Below, piece after piece: positions 1 through 12,627 of a DNA stretch of 64,000 bases. The notes below the pieces were generated by a model. That model was not told where the DNA came from. It was given only the letters and a program-made list of their open reading frames with translations, and did no database searches. Source of the stretch: Macrostomum hystrix. Its lineage: Eukaryota; Animalia; Platyhelminthes. The stretch lies in NCBI GenBank assembly GCA_950097015.1, contig CATNEN010000003.1, forward strand, positions 15,376,001 through 15,440,000, written 5' to 3'. Every line of letters starts with the position of its first letter. The stretch's first letter is position 1. Position numbers and translations under genes: made by a program.

Positions 1-800
1 ATATTTTTTTAATATTTATTTTTCTTAATAAGATTTAATTTTTGTGACTACGAAGAGTTAATACATATACAAGTATTTGAGCACAAACGGACGTTCGGGC
101 AAAAATACTGTGGACAACTATTACAATAATTCACGTCTACTAAAGTGTAATTACTGAATTTACATACAGTAACGGTTAGACGATCAACTTAAAAACACGC
201 TGTTAAGACAAGTTATAGTAAAACACAATTTGACAAAGGATTAAGTAACACAGACAAAAAACGAAAATAAAAAAAGAGCTCAAAACAATCGCTTAGGATT
301 GACAATTTTTTGATAATGAAAAACGAACTGACGAAAGTACATTTTCAAATAACAATGCTTGAACTTCCAAGAACGAGCAAAGTTTTGCCTGAAGCTAAAA
401 CTAGACCATGCATGCTAAAAATGTAGCGCATATACTCGGAATGTAACAAATAACGCACAACATAATTTAATAGTTGGTCATAAAATAGTCAAACAAAAAA
501 CTATGGAGACATCAATTCAGAAACTTTGCTTGCATTGTTACAAAAATGGAAAACTTTATAAACTTTATTATGTAACGGTATGTTTTCGTGTAGATATACG
601 TTTTCATTTTGTAAATACGTTTTCGCCTTATAAAAATAATCATAAAAATCTTAAAGTTAAAAATGCGCCAAAAAATAAACAATTTGTTTTACTTCTAACC
701 GTAGCAATAATAATACGTATAAAATCCTTTTGTTTTAATGACTACCGTATAAAATTATATTGCTAAAATCCGCCATTTTAACAAATGCGAAATCCCGTGT

Positions 801-1247
801 GTATAAATAGCCGCAACTTTCAGACAGAAAAATAACCTTGCAGTAGTTGTTGTTAAAACTAAAAAAAACTTTGTGAGTAAACTTGAAAGTCCTTGAAAGT
901 CGTTGTTTGAAAGTGTTTATCCAAGATATAAAAAGAGTGCCTTGAAAAGAGGTGTATTGTGTTATTTATTTCAAGAGAGGAGAACATTGAGGAATATACT
1001 CAGAATTTAAGAACCATACTCAGAATTATACTAAGAACCATACTCAGAATTATACTAAGAACCGTACTAAGAATTATACCCAGCTAGATTTATACCAAGA
1101 TTATTATTATTACAAAAGGGAAACCGCAAAACTCTAATCTCGGGGACGCCTAATTGACTGGAAACGCATACAGTTGCCTAATTACCGCTCGTGCAATACA
1201 TACGCTACCATAATGAGGAGTTAAAACGGCCCATTTAAGGACCGCCA
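801..1247 (+). pseudogene. Possible highly decayed histone H4 relic
   Basis: TATAAATAG at 802. Fragments translate as LKVFIQDIKR (~907) and NRKTL (~1122), compared with H4 LKVFLENVIR and KRKTV. An H4-like 3' end catacgcta...ggagttaa is followed by AAAACGGCCCATTTAAGGACCGCCA (1223-1247), a degenerate histone stem-loop. No intact ORF; interrupted by a 24-bp repeat (~996-1085). Confidence 0.35.
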
Positions 1248-1866
1248 GTCTAAATATCTATTAAATTGAGACAGCAGCAGTGAGATCCGCCCTGGTACAG
1301 CTTTGGTGCCATTAAAATTAAAGCCAGTATTGTTTAAACACGCATATTACAACTTTAATAACAGCGGTGGGATTAGCATTATTGGAATTTAGAGTTTAGT
1401 AAGAAATTAGAAAGAGGCCTACGACAATTAGAAATAAAACTTAACTTCTTCGTTATCTTGTATATAGTTCAAAATGTTACAAGAAATAATTATTTCTAAA
1501 CGTCATGTTTATCTTGCGCGAATTCAAACTTCATCATGGTTCGTTTCTAACGCTTCAGAATTTTGTCGATTCCGTCAGAACCAGAACTGATTATGAAATT
1601 TCAGGAAATTTATATATTATACTCGTAAATTATTAAATGTAATTACGATTCATACTTAATATAAGACCAAGATGAAGATTAATAAAGTAGTTCTGAAACT
1701 CAATAAATGCTTCTATAAAAATCGTTTTGGGAGGTACGAGTAGGATCTTGATCTGATTCCGGTATGATTAGAATCAGGAAAATCTTGAGTTTAGCGCAAA
1801 TTCAAATTAATTCAATGCAATATATGGCGTGAATTTAAATTCTCAAAAACTATTTTTCGCGCGAAT

Positions 1867-2222
1867 TTAAACTTCACACTCAGATGAATCCATTGGCCTA
1901 TTAGTCACGATCACAAGGCTGGATGTTGGTCTTTGCTGCTGCTGCTGCTGATGTTGCTGATGCTGATGATGATGCTGATGATGATGCTGATGCTGCTGCT
2001 GATGCTGGTGCAGCATGGACGATCGCCTTCTATGAGCGGCTCCGGTTTCGATTCCGGTGGCAGCCGCAGCAGCCAACGATAACCGACGTCGCACCGGTGC
2101 TGGCCGTGGCAGCCAGTCCAACTGTGGATCGTCAAAGTCGCCAACTCCGTAATCGGAGCGTCGACGTTGCAGCTCCTTCATGATGCGACAGAATTCCTGG
2201 CGTAGAAATTGGTCCGATTCTA

Positions 2223-2259
<37 letters not shown>

Positions 2260-5200
2260 ATGATGAAGCATCTCAGTCGACTGCAGTCGTGATTGGACAT
2301 CTACAAGTCGTTGCTCCAGCTCTGCCTCAGTCTGGTTCTCTGGCTGCAGAAGTGCAGCCTCTGGCAAATAGTTCTGCTGCTGCTGCTGCTGCCGTTGCTG
2401 TCGCTGTCTTGGCGGACGATTTGACAAGCCGGTGCCGACTCGAAATTCGAACGCGTCCGATGGAATTCGCCGGTGCTCAAGCAGCTGAGCTAGAGAAGCT
2501 AGCTGCGAAAAATTATTTTACGATTTTTTAGTTGTAAAAGGATTCGAAATCGGGAGTAAAAAGGAAAGTAAAACGTTATTTTCTACTTACAGTAAGCTAA
2601 TCGCGTTTTAATTACCTTTTTGCCGATACAAAAACCTAAGCAAGCTATTATCCTGCATAATTATATCTGTCTTTAAAGGAGAACAAATATTTTAATTTCC
2701 TGTTCGCTTGAATTAACAATTGCTGGAAATATATTTTCAGAGATTATCCTACTAGTGGAATCTGTATGGGATTCCAGGTAATCCTCTCTAGCTACCATTA
2801 TTTCCTCTGGCTGGACTATGGACTCGGTGAAATATAATAAAATCCCTAAACGTAGTTAAATCCAAAACTAATAGTGTAATTAAGCTTATCTCTATATTCC
2901 ACGTCTTTAATTGTTTGCAAAGAAAATTATGTAAACTTAAAGTAATGAAAGAAGTACAAAGGAAGCGACACTGAAAATGGACAGCCAAAACTTTGGAAAG
3001 TAATATCGGAGACTGTAATTTGACATTTTCCAGCAACCGTGACAGCCTGCCAAAACTCGCATTTGACTCATCCAGTCCGTCAGATATTTACGCTCGTAGA
3101 TCGGAAAAAAGAAACAACTTATTTTTGCCTCAAAATAAGAATCAAAAATAAACAAAAATAAACATTAAAAAAGTTTGAAAGTTTGGAAATGTGCCGCAGA
3201 AAACTTCATAATTTAACTCGATCTCTCACTGACTATCCCCACTGATTGTCTGACTCTCAACTTTCTGACTGTCTGACTCTTAACTACCTGGCATTCTGAA
3301 TGTCTGACTCTTAACTACCTGGCATTCTGAATGTCTGACTCTTAACTACCTGGCATTCTGACTGTCTTACTCTTAACTACCTGGCATTCTGACTGTCTGA
3401 CTCTTAAATACCTGACATTCTGAATGTCTGACTCTTAACTACCTGAAATTCTGACTACCTGACTCTTAACTACCTGGCATTCTGAATGTCTGACTCTTAA
3501 CTACCTGACATTCTGACTGTCTGACTCTTAAATACCTGACATTCTGACTGTCTGACTCTTAACTACCTGACATTCTGACTGTCTGACTCTTAACTACCTG
3601 ACTCTCTGACTCTCTGACTCTCTGACTCTCTGACTCTCTGACTCTCTGACTCTCTGACTCTCTGACTCTCTGACTCAGAGGTGTAAATGGCAATCGTCTT
3701 AATATTCATAATTGTAATTGTCGAGTTTATTTTTATATGTTGAGTGGTTCATCCACCGCTTGCACAACAGTGCACAAATCGTGCATCACTAATCCATCCT
3801 CCGATTATAAAATAAAAGTGATACAATAGTCTTAGCTAAAATCAGAGATAATCCATCCAAGTTTCATTCTAATCATTTTCTGTCCTTAATCCTCTTCGTC
3901 TAGTTTGTTATACAAAACGAAAGGATGAGATTAAAATTTTCATTTCGAATTCTTGTATCTATTTATCTATTAGAGTGCTTTCGACAGTAACCTAAAAATA
4001 GTGCACGAGCATATTATGCCTTTGAATTTTTATTAACAAAATCTTGGCTTATAGTTAACAACTGAAATTTTACGTGGTAGAAATAATTAAATACATCGTT
4101 AAATTAAGATTTCATATAATTAGAATTTCCTAGATTTGTGATTTCCTAGAATTATGATTTCCTAGAATTATGATTTCCTAGAATAAATATTTTGTCGTAA
4201 TTATGATTTTTAGAATTTTAATTTCGTGGCATTGGGATTTCGAAAAATTAGGATTTCGTAGAAAAATGATTGCGAAGATTTAGCATTTCGAAGAATTGGA
4301 ATTTCATAGAACTGTGATTTTGAAAAATTGTGATTTAATAGAATTGTGCTCTCGTTGAATAAGGATTTCGTAGAATTGGCATTGCGAAGAATTGGGATAT
4401 CGTAGAATAATGGATTTCGTAGAAAAAATATTTCGGAGAAAAACGATTTCGTAGAAAAAGGATTTCGTAGAAATAGGATTTCGTAGAAAAAGGATTTCGT
4501 AGAATTGACATTGCGAAGAATTGGGATATTGTAGAATTGGGATATCGTAGAATTGGGATTTCGAAGAATTGGGATATTGTAGAATTCAGATATCGTAATT
4601 CGGTAGGATAGGATGATATATCAATTATGCCAGCTATACATGCTTCCAAAGCAGCGGCATGCCAATTAGTAAATAAGCAAACGCAACAGTCATCTGACTG
4701 GCCGGAAACACACAGCAAAATAAAGACAAAGTCGAAACCGCCCAAATTGGGTAGACATTTGCATGGGATGGCTCATTGCTGTCAGGGACAGCCAAATCCA
4801 AGTCACACATGCAACAGACAAGCAAGCAAGGATTTGGGACAAATTAGCGACCTCAAGCTGGCCCTGATCCGGGGGATAATGCATTGCCAACTTGGAAGTA
4901 CAACAACTGCTGCGTAGGCCTTTTGTTGTGTAGGGGTAGAATTAAGGGGGTGGAATGAAGGGAGTGGAATGTAGGGAGTAGAATGTGGGGAGTAGAATGT
5001 AGGGAGTAGAATGTGGGGAGTAGAATGTAGGGAGTAGAATTTGGGGAGTAGAATGTAGGGAGTAGAATGTAGGGAGTAGAATGTAGGGAGTAGAATGAAA
5101 GAAATGGAATGAAGGGAGTAGAATGTAGGGAGTAGAATGAAAGAAATGGAATGAAGGGAGTAGAATGTAGGGAGTAGAATATGGGGAGTAGAATGTACGG

Positions 5201-8200
5201 AGTAGAATGTAGGGAGTAGAATGAAGGTAGTGGAATGAAGGGAGTAGAATGAATACAGTAGAATGAAGGGAGAAGAAAGTGAAGAGTAGAATGAAGGGAG
5301 TAGAATGGAGGAATAGATAGGGAGTGGAATGAAGGGAGTGGAATGAAGGGAGTGGAATGAAGGGAGTGAAATGCATGGAGTAGAATGTAGGGAGTATAAA
5401 GAATGGAGTAGAAAGTAGGGAGCAGAATGAAGGGAGCAGAATGATGGGAATAGAATGAAGGGAGTAAAATGAAGGCAGTATAATATAGGGAGTAGAATGG
5501 CGAAAGGTCAGAACTGTTGCTCGAGTATTCGAGGAAAACTACGCGAAGGGTATCAGTGCCTGTGGAAATTCAGTCCAAGATTATTCCGTTGTAATTAATA
5601 TTGAAAAGTACAGTCGAAACTGTTCCTGCATTAGCAGCGGGATAATAATTATTTCAGGCCGTGGCTTGTAGAATGACCTACTATCACATCTCAATCCCTA
5701 GTCTCTAAGCCTGTGATTTAGGCATTGCAAATATTTAACGCCATTGAATGATTTAGTTTTCATTTAAATTTCGTAAAACCTATTATTTCCAAAGCATTCA
5801 TTTCATGCGGTTGATATTTTACTGTTGTCACCAAATGCTTTTCTATTTCTATCCAGTTTTCCTACCCTCATTTGATTGATTAGGGCTCGTGACAGCTCAC
5901 AATGCCTCACCGCAGGGACAATAGGGGTGGAGGAACAAATGAAATGATGTTTATTATATTTGATATAATTTTTTGTTTTACTCGTATGTAATTTTACCTT
6001 TATCATCAGCTAATTAATTTGTACTTAATTAGGAATGACATCTTTCTGAGAGGTCTGGAGTTCACATTCTAGTCCAGGCATGTAAGTTTGTGTCTTTGGA
6101 CGAGACACTTATTTCACCGAGTTCTCCCTAGCGACGACAATTAAGTGAGGCACACAGATTCTCCCTAGATTCTCCCTAGCGACGACAATTAAGTGAGGCA
6201 CACAGATTCTCCCTAGATTCTCCCTATAGCGACGCACACGGATACTGTAAGCAGGCATCCGCTCACACAGGTGTGTACCTGATACCACTGTAACTGATAC
6301 CTGTACACAGGCCTTGACTTTCTCGTCGTCAGGCAGTGTACACTCTCACTGTGCCTTGGAGGTTGGCCCTCAAGGGCGTAAATTGCACGACAAGCCCCCA
6401 AGCCTTCTCTCCGCGGCTGCACCCCAAATAAATGTGGCCTCGACGCGGAATCGAGCTCAGGGACCTTGACGCGATAGACAAACGCGTTAGATCGCTCTGC
6501 CACTGACCCCCCCCTGATGGCAGGTGATACCTCAGATGAAACTGTACCTGATTTCGCAGGCATTTTGCGATAAGTTTTGGTCTCGCCAGCTCACTAGAGG
6601 CAGCCAGGCAGACTTGATACTGTCCGGCGTACGCTGTCATGGTGGCAGACAACGGGGCCACGGATCTGGGCACCGGACTCCAGACGGCGATGCTAGAAAC
6701 TTGTCGCGCATCCAGGTGCACCGGACAGTCGCTAGGGCCTGCGCGCACGCACACAGCTCTACACGTTGAACTCAAAACGCCTTCGTCGTCTGAGCCATCC
6801 TCGTCGACAAAGTTCTCATGCTCCGGCGTTGAAACTGGACGTTGTCGACGATTTCTGAAATGCCAGACTAGCTGGTCGACTAGATCGCGTCGGCGCTGGC
6901 TCGCACCGTCGATTAGCCGACTCACCAGTCGGGTGTCCAACAGACTAGCTGCCGATTGAAACGTGACGGCGTTTCTGCCGTCTCGATTGCTCCGGTTGCG
7001 AAGCCGCTCGGATTGGCGCCGGGTAAGCCACAGACGCGGCAGGCCGCCTTCAGCGTTCAGAGCCAGACGACGCCAAACTGGCAAGCGGCGCCAGCGAGGC
7101 TCCATGGGGTCCATGTCGACGAAATCGGTATCTGAGTCATCGGAGCTGTCACTGTTGGACTGATGATCCACGATAGCGCGGCAATCGAATGGCACCTCGA
7201 CGCCAAGGAGCTGCTGGTAGGCTCGCAGCGCGCCAGCCAGCAAAGTGAGGAATAGATCCTGCTCCGTGGTTTGCGTCACCTGCGCGGTGGGTCGAGAAGA
7301 GGGAATATTGTACTCTAGTGTACTTTGATGCCCAATATTCTCTGAAACCCCGATGTGATCCCAAACCACGATGGAGCCACTGAATCCCCGATAATGGTGC
7401 TCCTAAACACTCAATGTTATTCCAAATCCTCGAAGGAGCTACGAAATCCCCAAGTGGCACTCCAAAATCATCAAGGTGCAATCCCAAATTCCCGGTGGCG
7501 CTCCCAAATCTACGATGTGATCCTAAATCCCCGTTGTGATCCCAAATCTCCGATGCGATCCCAAATCCTCGATGGAGCTACCAAATCCTCAAGTGGCACT
7601 CCCGAATCTACGACGCGATCCTAAATCCTCCATGGCGATCCTAAATCCCTTTTGGGATCCTAAATCCTCCATGGCGATCCTAAATCCCTTTTGGGATCCT
7701 AAATCCCTGATGTGATCCTAAATCCCTGATGTGATCCTAAATCCCTGATGTGATCCTAAATCCCTCATTTGATCCTAAATCTCCGATGGCACTCCCAAAT
7801 CCCAAGTAGCACTTCAAAAGCCCCGGGAACGCTCATTGATTTCCAATGCGCCCCCTCAAGAAGTCCCTCAGCAACCTAAGTAGTTGATCGCTTTGGGATT
7901 GTGCGAAAGAAAACCGCACAAGTAAAACTCACCTGTTGCGCTCGACGCATTAGACGGCCATCAAGTCGAATTTGCAGCATCCGAAGTGGTGCAGCCGATT
8001 CAGGAGCAGCGGCAGCATTTCCAGCGTCGCTCATCGGACATCGGGGATCCTTGATTGGCGCAGTCCTAGTCGCCGCGCCTGTCGCAGCCGCCAGTCTGAG
8101 CAGGAGGAGGGGAGCTCTAAGGCTGGCTGCTATAGTGGCAGCGGCCACCGATGCGGCCGAAGTGGCCTCTGATTCCAATCTCAAGCGTCGCACAATGGTC

Positions 8201-9470
8201 GCTTGCGTGCCCTCGTCCATTGAGCGCGAGTCGCACAGGACTCGGGTCAAGAGTCGAAAAGCGCCGGACGCGTCCGAGAAGCTGGCGTGCTGTCGATAAA
8301 TCAGCAGGCCACGACAATGCCCCCATTCGCCATCGCAGCTCGCAGCCGGTTGGTAATGCAGCTCCCAGGGCGGCCGGTCGACGTCGAAGGCGTTGACAGC
8401 GCAGTCCTCAAGGTAGGCGGCCAGCTGGTTTGCTGATTCTAATCGCGGCCGGATTTCAATCACGTGAGCGTCGAAGTCGAATTCTTCGGCTGGCGTTTCC
8501 AGCCACGCAATCGAGCCGTCTGGCAGTCGAGCGACTCGCTGCCTGAGTCTGGGCTGGTCGGCCAGGTGGCGACGAACAACTCCGCGAAGCGTAGCCAAGC
8601 TGAGGCATCTGGCAGCTTGGTCGGCAATGTCCAAACGGACAACCAGCGCTGGCGGAGGTTGCACCGAGGTGAGCCAGGCGAGCTCTGCGGTGTTCAGCCG
8701 AACGCTGCGGACCTCCCGCCCGCCACCGTCAGTGACGAATTCTTCGTCGGAGGACGATGAGAACAGATAAAACAACAACAGGGGCAGAAATAGAACAGCA
8801 GCCACGGCTAGAAGCAGCGGTGAGATTAAAATTATACCAAGCACTATGCAACCGTAGCCAGAGCAGCAGCAGCAGCAGCAGCAACAACAGTACCTGGCGA
8901 GGAAGGTCGGTGGCAGAGCGGTTAACGCGTTTGCCTCTGACACAAAGGTCCCTGAGCACGATTCCGCAGCGAGGCCACATTGATTTGGGGCGCAGTGGCG
9001 GAGAGAACTTGTGGGGCTTGTCGTGCAATTTAAGCCCTTGAGGGTCGACCTCCAAGGCACAGTGGCAGTTTACACTGCACGACGTTGAGAAAGTCAGGGC
9101 AGATGTGAGTATGTGCTCAAGAGTCAGCGAAATAGGCAGAATTGACTCCTCGCTGGCTGCGGGTCTAGTGCCACCAAATGATGTGCCATTGCCCGCACAT
9201 ATTGTTAATAACCATATTGTTAATAATTAACAATAATTATTATTTTTATTATTAACAGTACCTGGCGAGCGGTTGAAGCTCCGTCGGGTGCTCGATGGTG
9301 TACAGAGGAGCAATCGAGTACTCAACGGATCCTTCGTTGTTCTCATCAATGATGCGCTCAACATTTTCCTCGTCAGTCTCGGAGTCTGACGACGTCATAA
9401 CGCTTTCGTTGTCAGCAATTTGCGGTTCCTCCTCTTGAATGCCCTCCGGTGGAGAACGATGCATTGACAT
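1867..9470 (-). CDS. WS/DGAT (wax ester synthase/diacylglycerol acyltransferase)-family membrane protein, ~845 aa, 4 exons
   Basis: Exons 9470-9262, 8893-7933, 7279-6548, 2502-1867, all GT-AG and phase consistent. Family motifs: PRLRQRV, FDFDAHV, RPPWELH, TTEQDLFLTLLAGALRAY, C-terminal AYAGQYQV. N-terminal poly-Cys plus TM segment; polyQ/H tail. Confidence 0.8.
3250..3675. repeat. 31-bp minisatellite followed by (ACTCTCTG)n
   Basis: Unit tgtctgactcttaactacctggcattctgaa, ~11 copies; 8-mer run from ~3600. Confidence 0.95.
4120..4600. repeat. Degenerate short-unit tandem repeat (gatttcgtagaattgg-like)
   Basis: Recurring gattt(c)(g/c)tagaa core. Confidence 0.85.
4930..5500. repeat. Purine-rich tandem repeat (gaatg[ta]agggagta)
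   Basis: Directly visible; same family recurs at 63884-64000. Confidence 0.95.
6123..6228. repeat. ~48-bp tandem duplication at the 3' end of SINE copy A
   Basis: ctccctagcgacgacaattaagtgaggcacacagattctccctagatt occurs twice. Confidence 0.9.
6231..6514 (-). mobile_element. tRNA-derived SINE, copy A (3'-truncated), in WS/DGAT intron 3
   Basis: A box TGGCAGAGCG, B-box-like GCTCGATTCC; body shared with five other copies; starts 33 nt after the donor at 6547. Confidence 0.85.
7335..7830. repeat. Degenerate ~19-20-bp tandem repeat (gatcctaaatccctgatgt) filling WS/DGAT intron 2
   Basis: Directly visible. Confidence 0.85.
8902..9253 (+). mobile_element. tRNA-derived SINE, copy B, inserted in a coding exon with 16-bp TSD; forms predicted intron 9261-8894 of the - strand gene
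   Basis: TSD AACAGTACCTGGCGAG at 8886-8901 and 9254-9269; A box TGGCAGAGCGG; (ATT)n-type tail; internal deletion relative to other copies. Confidence 0.9.
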
Positions 9471-10002
9471 TTTTTCAGCTGCTTTCGTCCACCTCTAAGG
9501 GTTCACCTGTGTTGATCAGCTATACGGCAGAATTTAGAATGCAACAGAGCATCGGATTGCTTTAGAGCAAGCAAATCATTAAAGCTCCAATCAGTGGGAG
9601 GGACGAGGGGAGACAAGGTGCAGACAGACAGAATGAGGTAGCAAAAGAGAACGAGAGTATATGCTCAGTCAACAGTCCGAATTGCGGCACTAATTTAGCT
9701 TTCTAAGTCTCCTGTATTGTCTCAATCTTAGCAACGCTATAACAAGTAAATACTTCCCCGCGTTCTATTTTGGCTTAGCGGGCCAATGAGGATTAGGGAA
9801 CTGTTTCTCTCTCTGTCACGCAAAATAAGGCGGAGCTCTTCTGCGAGTGGATGGGAGAGTCACATCAGATTCCACATCACTGTGGCCCAGTGTGCGCGCG
9901 CTGGCAAGAGACTGACTTGACTTTGCCTGCTGCGAACTGGACAAGAGTTGAGAGCCAAAAGGAGTGGAAAATTGCTCGAGGTGGAGAAGCAGGAAGAGAG
10001 GA

Positions 10003-10037
<35 letters not shown>

Positions 10038-10614
10038 GAAGCTATTGGGGAACAGGGAAGAGGATATATTTTTTAATGCCTCCAGTCGGGCAGGAAAAGG
10101 GAGGCCTTGTGAGGGAGTAAAGACAGAGGGAAAAAGGGGAGAAAAAAATCTGCTTGAGTCAACGGACTCACTCCGAGCGTAAGTCACCGCTCAGCCAATC
10201 GGAATTTCTCTTTCAAATTCTACAGAGCCTTCAAACTCGAACTCGGCGTCGTACGAGAAAGATTTTTCGAGTCGAGAGGAATTCAACCCATGTCCCTGGG
10301 TTGAATTCCTTTCCTGCCTTCATTGGAGAGCGAACAGCAACCCCGCTGCTGAAATACAATAATATTAACTGTAATGATTGACAGCTGCAACGTACAAATC
10401 GTCGCGAGGACTCTGGGAATCAAGAGGGTGTCTCTAAACCCCCCTGGCGAAGGATTTAGTCAGCGAGGAGCGGGTTGGATGATGACGGATGTGACACGAA
10501 TAAAGAAATCAATAATTTCTCTTGCTGCTTGAGTGAAATACTGATGACAGGCATTCTTTTTATGCCTTTTTAACAGCCAAGAACAACTCAACCTAGATAT
10601 TTCGTTCACTAGAT

Positions 10615-11055
10615 CAATCAACAGCTACTGACACCCTGTCCGTCATTAAATCAACAGCTACTGACACTTTTTCCTGCATTAAAATAAACAGCTACTGACA
10701 GTTTGTCCTTCATTACATCAACAGCTTCTGACACTCTGTTCTTCATTACATCAGCAGCTTCTGACACGATCTGTTCTTCATTACATCAACAGCTACTGAC
10801 ACTTTTTCCTTCATTAAATCAACAGCTACTGACAGTTTGTCCTTCATTACATCAACAGCTACTGACACTCTGTTCTTCATTAAATCAACAGCTACTGACA
10901 CTTTTTCCTTCATTAAATCAACAGCTACTGACAGTTTGTCTTTCATTACATCAACAGCTACTGACAGTTTGTCCTTCATTACATCAACAGCTACTGACAG
11001 TTTGTCCTTCATTACATCAACAGCTACTGACACTCTGTTCTTCATTACATCGACA
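10615..11055. repeat. 33-bp minisatellite
   Basis: Unit acatcaacagctactgacagtttgtccttcatt, ~13 copies. Confidence 0.95.
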
Positions 11056-12627
11056 GGCGCTGTCACTCTGTCTTTGATAACATTTTAATAGCTGTAGAGA
11101 CGTTCTCTACATTATTTCATTGTCGGCAACAGTCACTCTGTCACAAACAACTGCAAAATAGTTTCAAATCAAGTCCGAAGCAAAAAACTTCACCTTTATA
11201 CGCTCAAAATCCAAACGATCAATAAAAAGTGCTGTATACTTGACAGAAATTAAAATTTCTACTTTAAAATAAAGATTTTATTTTTTTAGTTATAATTACT
11301 TCGATGTACTCGTACTACAAAATCAGCAATTACACCCGTTACTAACTGTTTGACTAAGATGATCGAGTTGCTTCACTGTAGGCATCGTTCATAATTTTTT
11401 GATATTCAAACATAAAATAATGCAAATGCGAACTAAAAAACAACAAGGCAATAAAAAAGTTCAATCAGGCACTTGTAATTAAGAGTTCTTTAAAAAACAG
11501 AACACTTCTGCACTTATGTTTCTGAACAAAGGCACTTTAAATTTAGGAATAAAAATTTGTTTATAACGGTCCGAATCTAACGAGAGAAACTGATTTTTAG
11601 TTGTTTTTTTTGTTTGTTTTCATTTTTAACAACGGATCGAAAATCTAGAAACAATTCTAAATGTGACATTAAAAGCTAAATATTAAAACAATGTATGCAC
11701 TCTTTATCCTGTGAATGAATATTTTTGATAAGAAAATTTCTTTTAGCAGAACAATGAAACATAAACTGCTAAAAATGATAAAATTAGGACAAAGTCTGCT
11801 GTTCGAAAAGAAGGCTGTTTGTAAGTAAAAAAGGATAACATTTCACAAACCAAAAATGTTATAGGCAGTAGAAAGTAACTGTTTGTTATAAAACATCACG
11901 AAAGAGGACTAAAGTTGTATTTAAAAAATTACAAATTTTGCAAACAGCTGTGTCAGGAGACAGAGTTTTCGTGATGAAATGCAGTACCGATTATCTGCAT
12001 AAAAATAATATTGAAAATTAAAACAGATGAAGTCACTGTTAAATAGAAACGTCAAAAAACAGCTAAAAAAAGAACCTAGGTATTTTACAATGAGATTTTG
12101 AGTCGATAAAATTGTGTTACAATTACAATCAAAAAGAGCTAAGGCACGTTTGTCAAGATCAGGTGCATTATATCTTCTTGCAAAATATCAAATATCAACA
12201 ATGTTGCCATTTAAATAAAACAATTTTTGCTTTTGCCGAAACATATAATCTATAAAAATCTTTGCAACCGCAATTCAGAAAAATAAATAAAAAGAAATTG
12301 TTTCTTTTTTAGCACTTAAAAGCAGTCAGATTAGAAGATCTAGCTGTCAATTTTTAAGACAATGATTAGGCTATTATAAGCTAAAGAGTTTAAAAGACAA
12401 ATTAGATTATGTTATTAACCGGAGTTTCCACAGGAATGTCAAGCGAATTAAAAGTACATTCCAATGTCTTTAATGTGCGTACATTCAAGGTCGATAAAGA
12501 CACTTAAGTTACGTCGTTTCTGAGTTACAAGCATAATAAAAACAATACCGAATTTAAATGAAAAGTGCGAGTACAATTTAAATGCTCAGAGGATAAAGGA
12601 CTGGATACATCTGTTTGATAAGAAAAT

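Noticed and set aside
503-766. 87-aa ORF in AT-rich DNA
   Set aside because: No homology features; composition typical of non-coding sequence.
6329-6547. WS/DGAT C-terminus reading into SINE copy A
   Set aside because: A donor at 6547 splices in frame to exon 2502-1867, giving a more plausible C-terminus.
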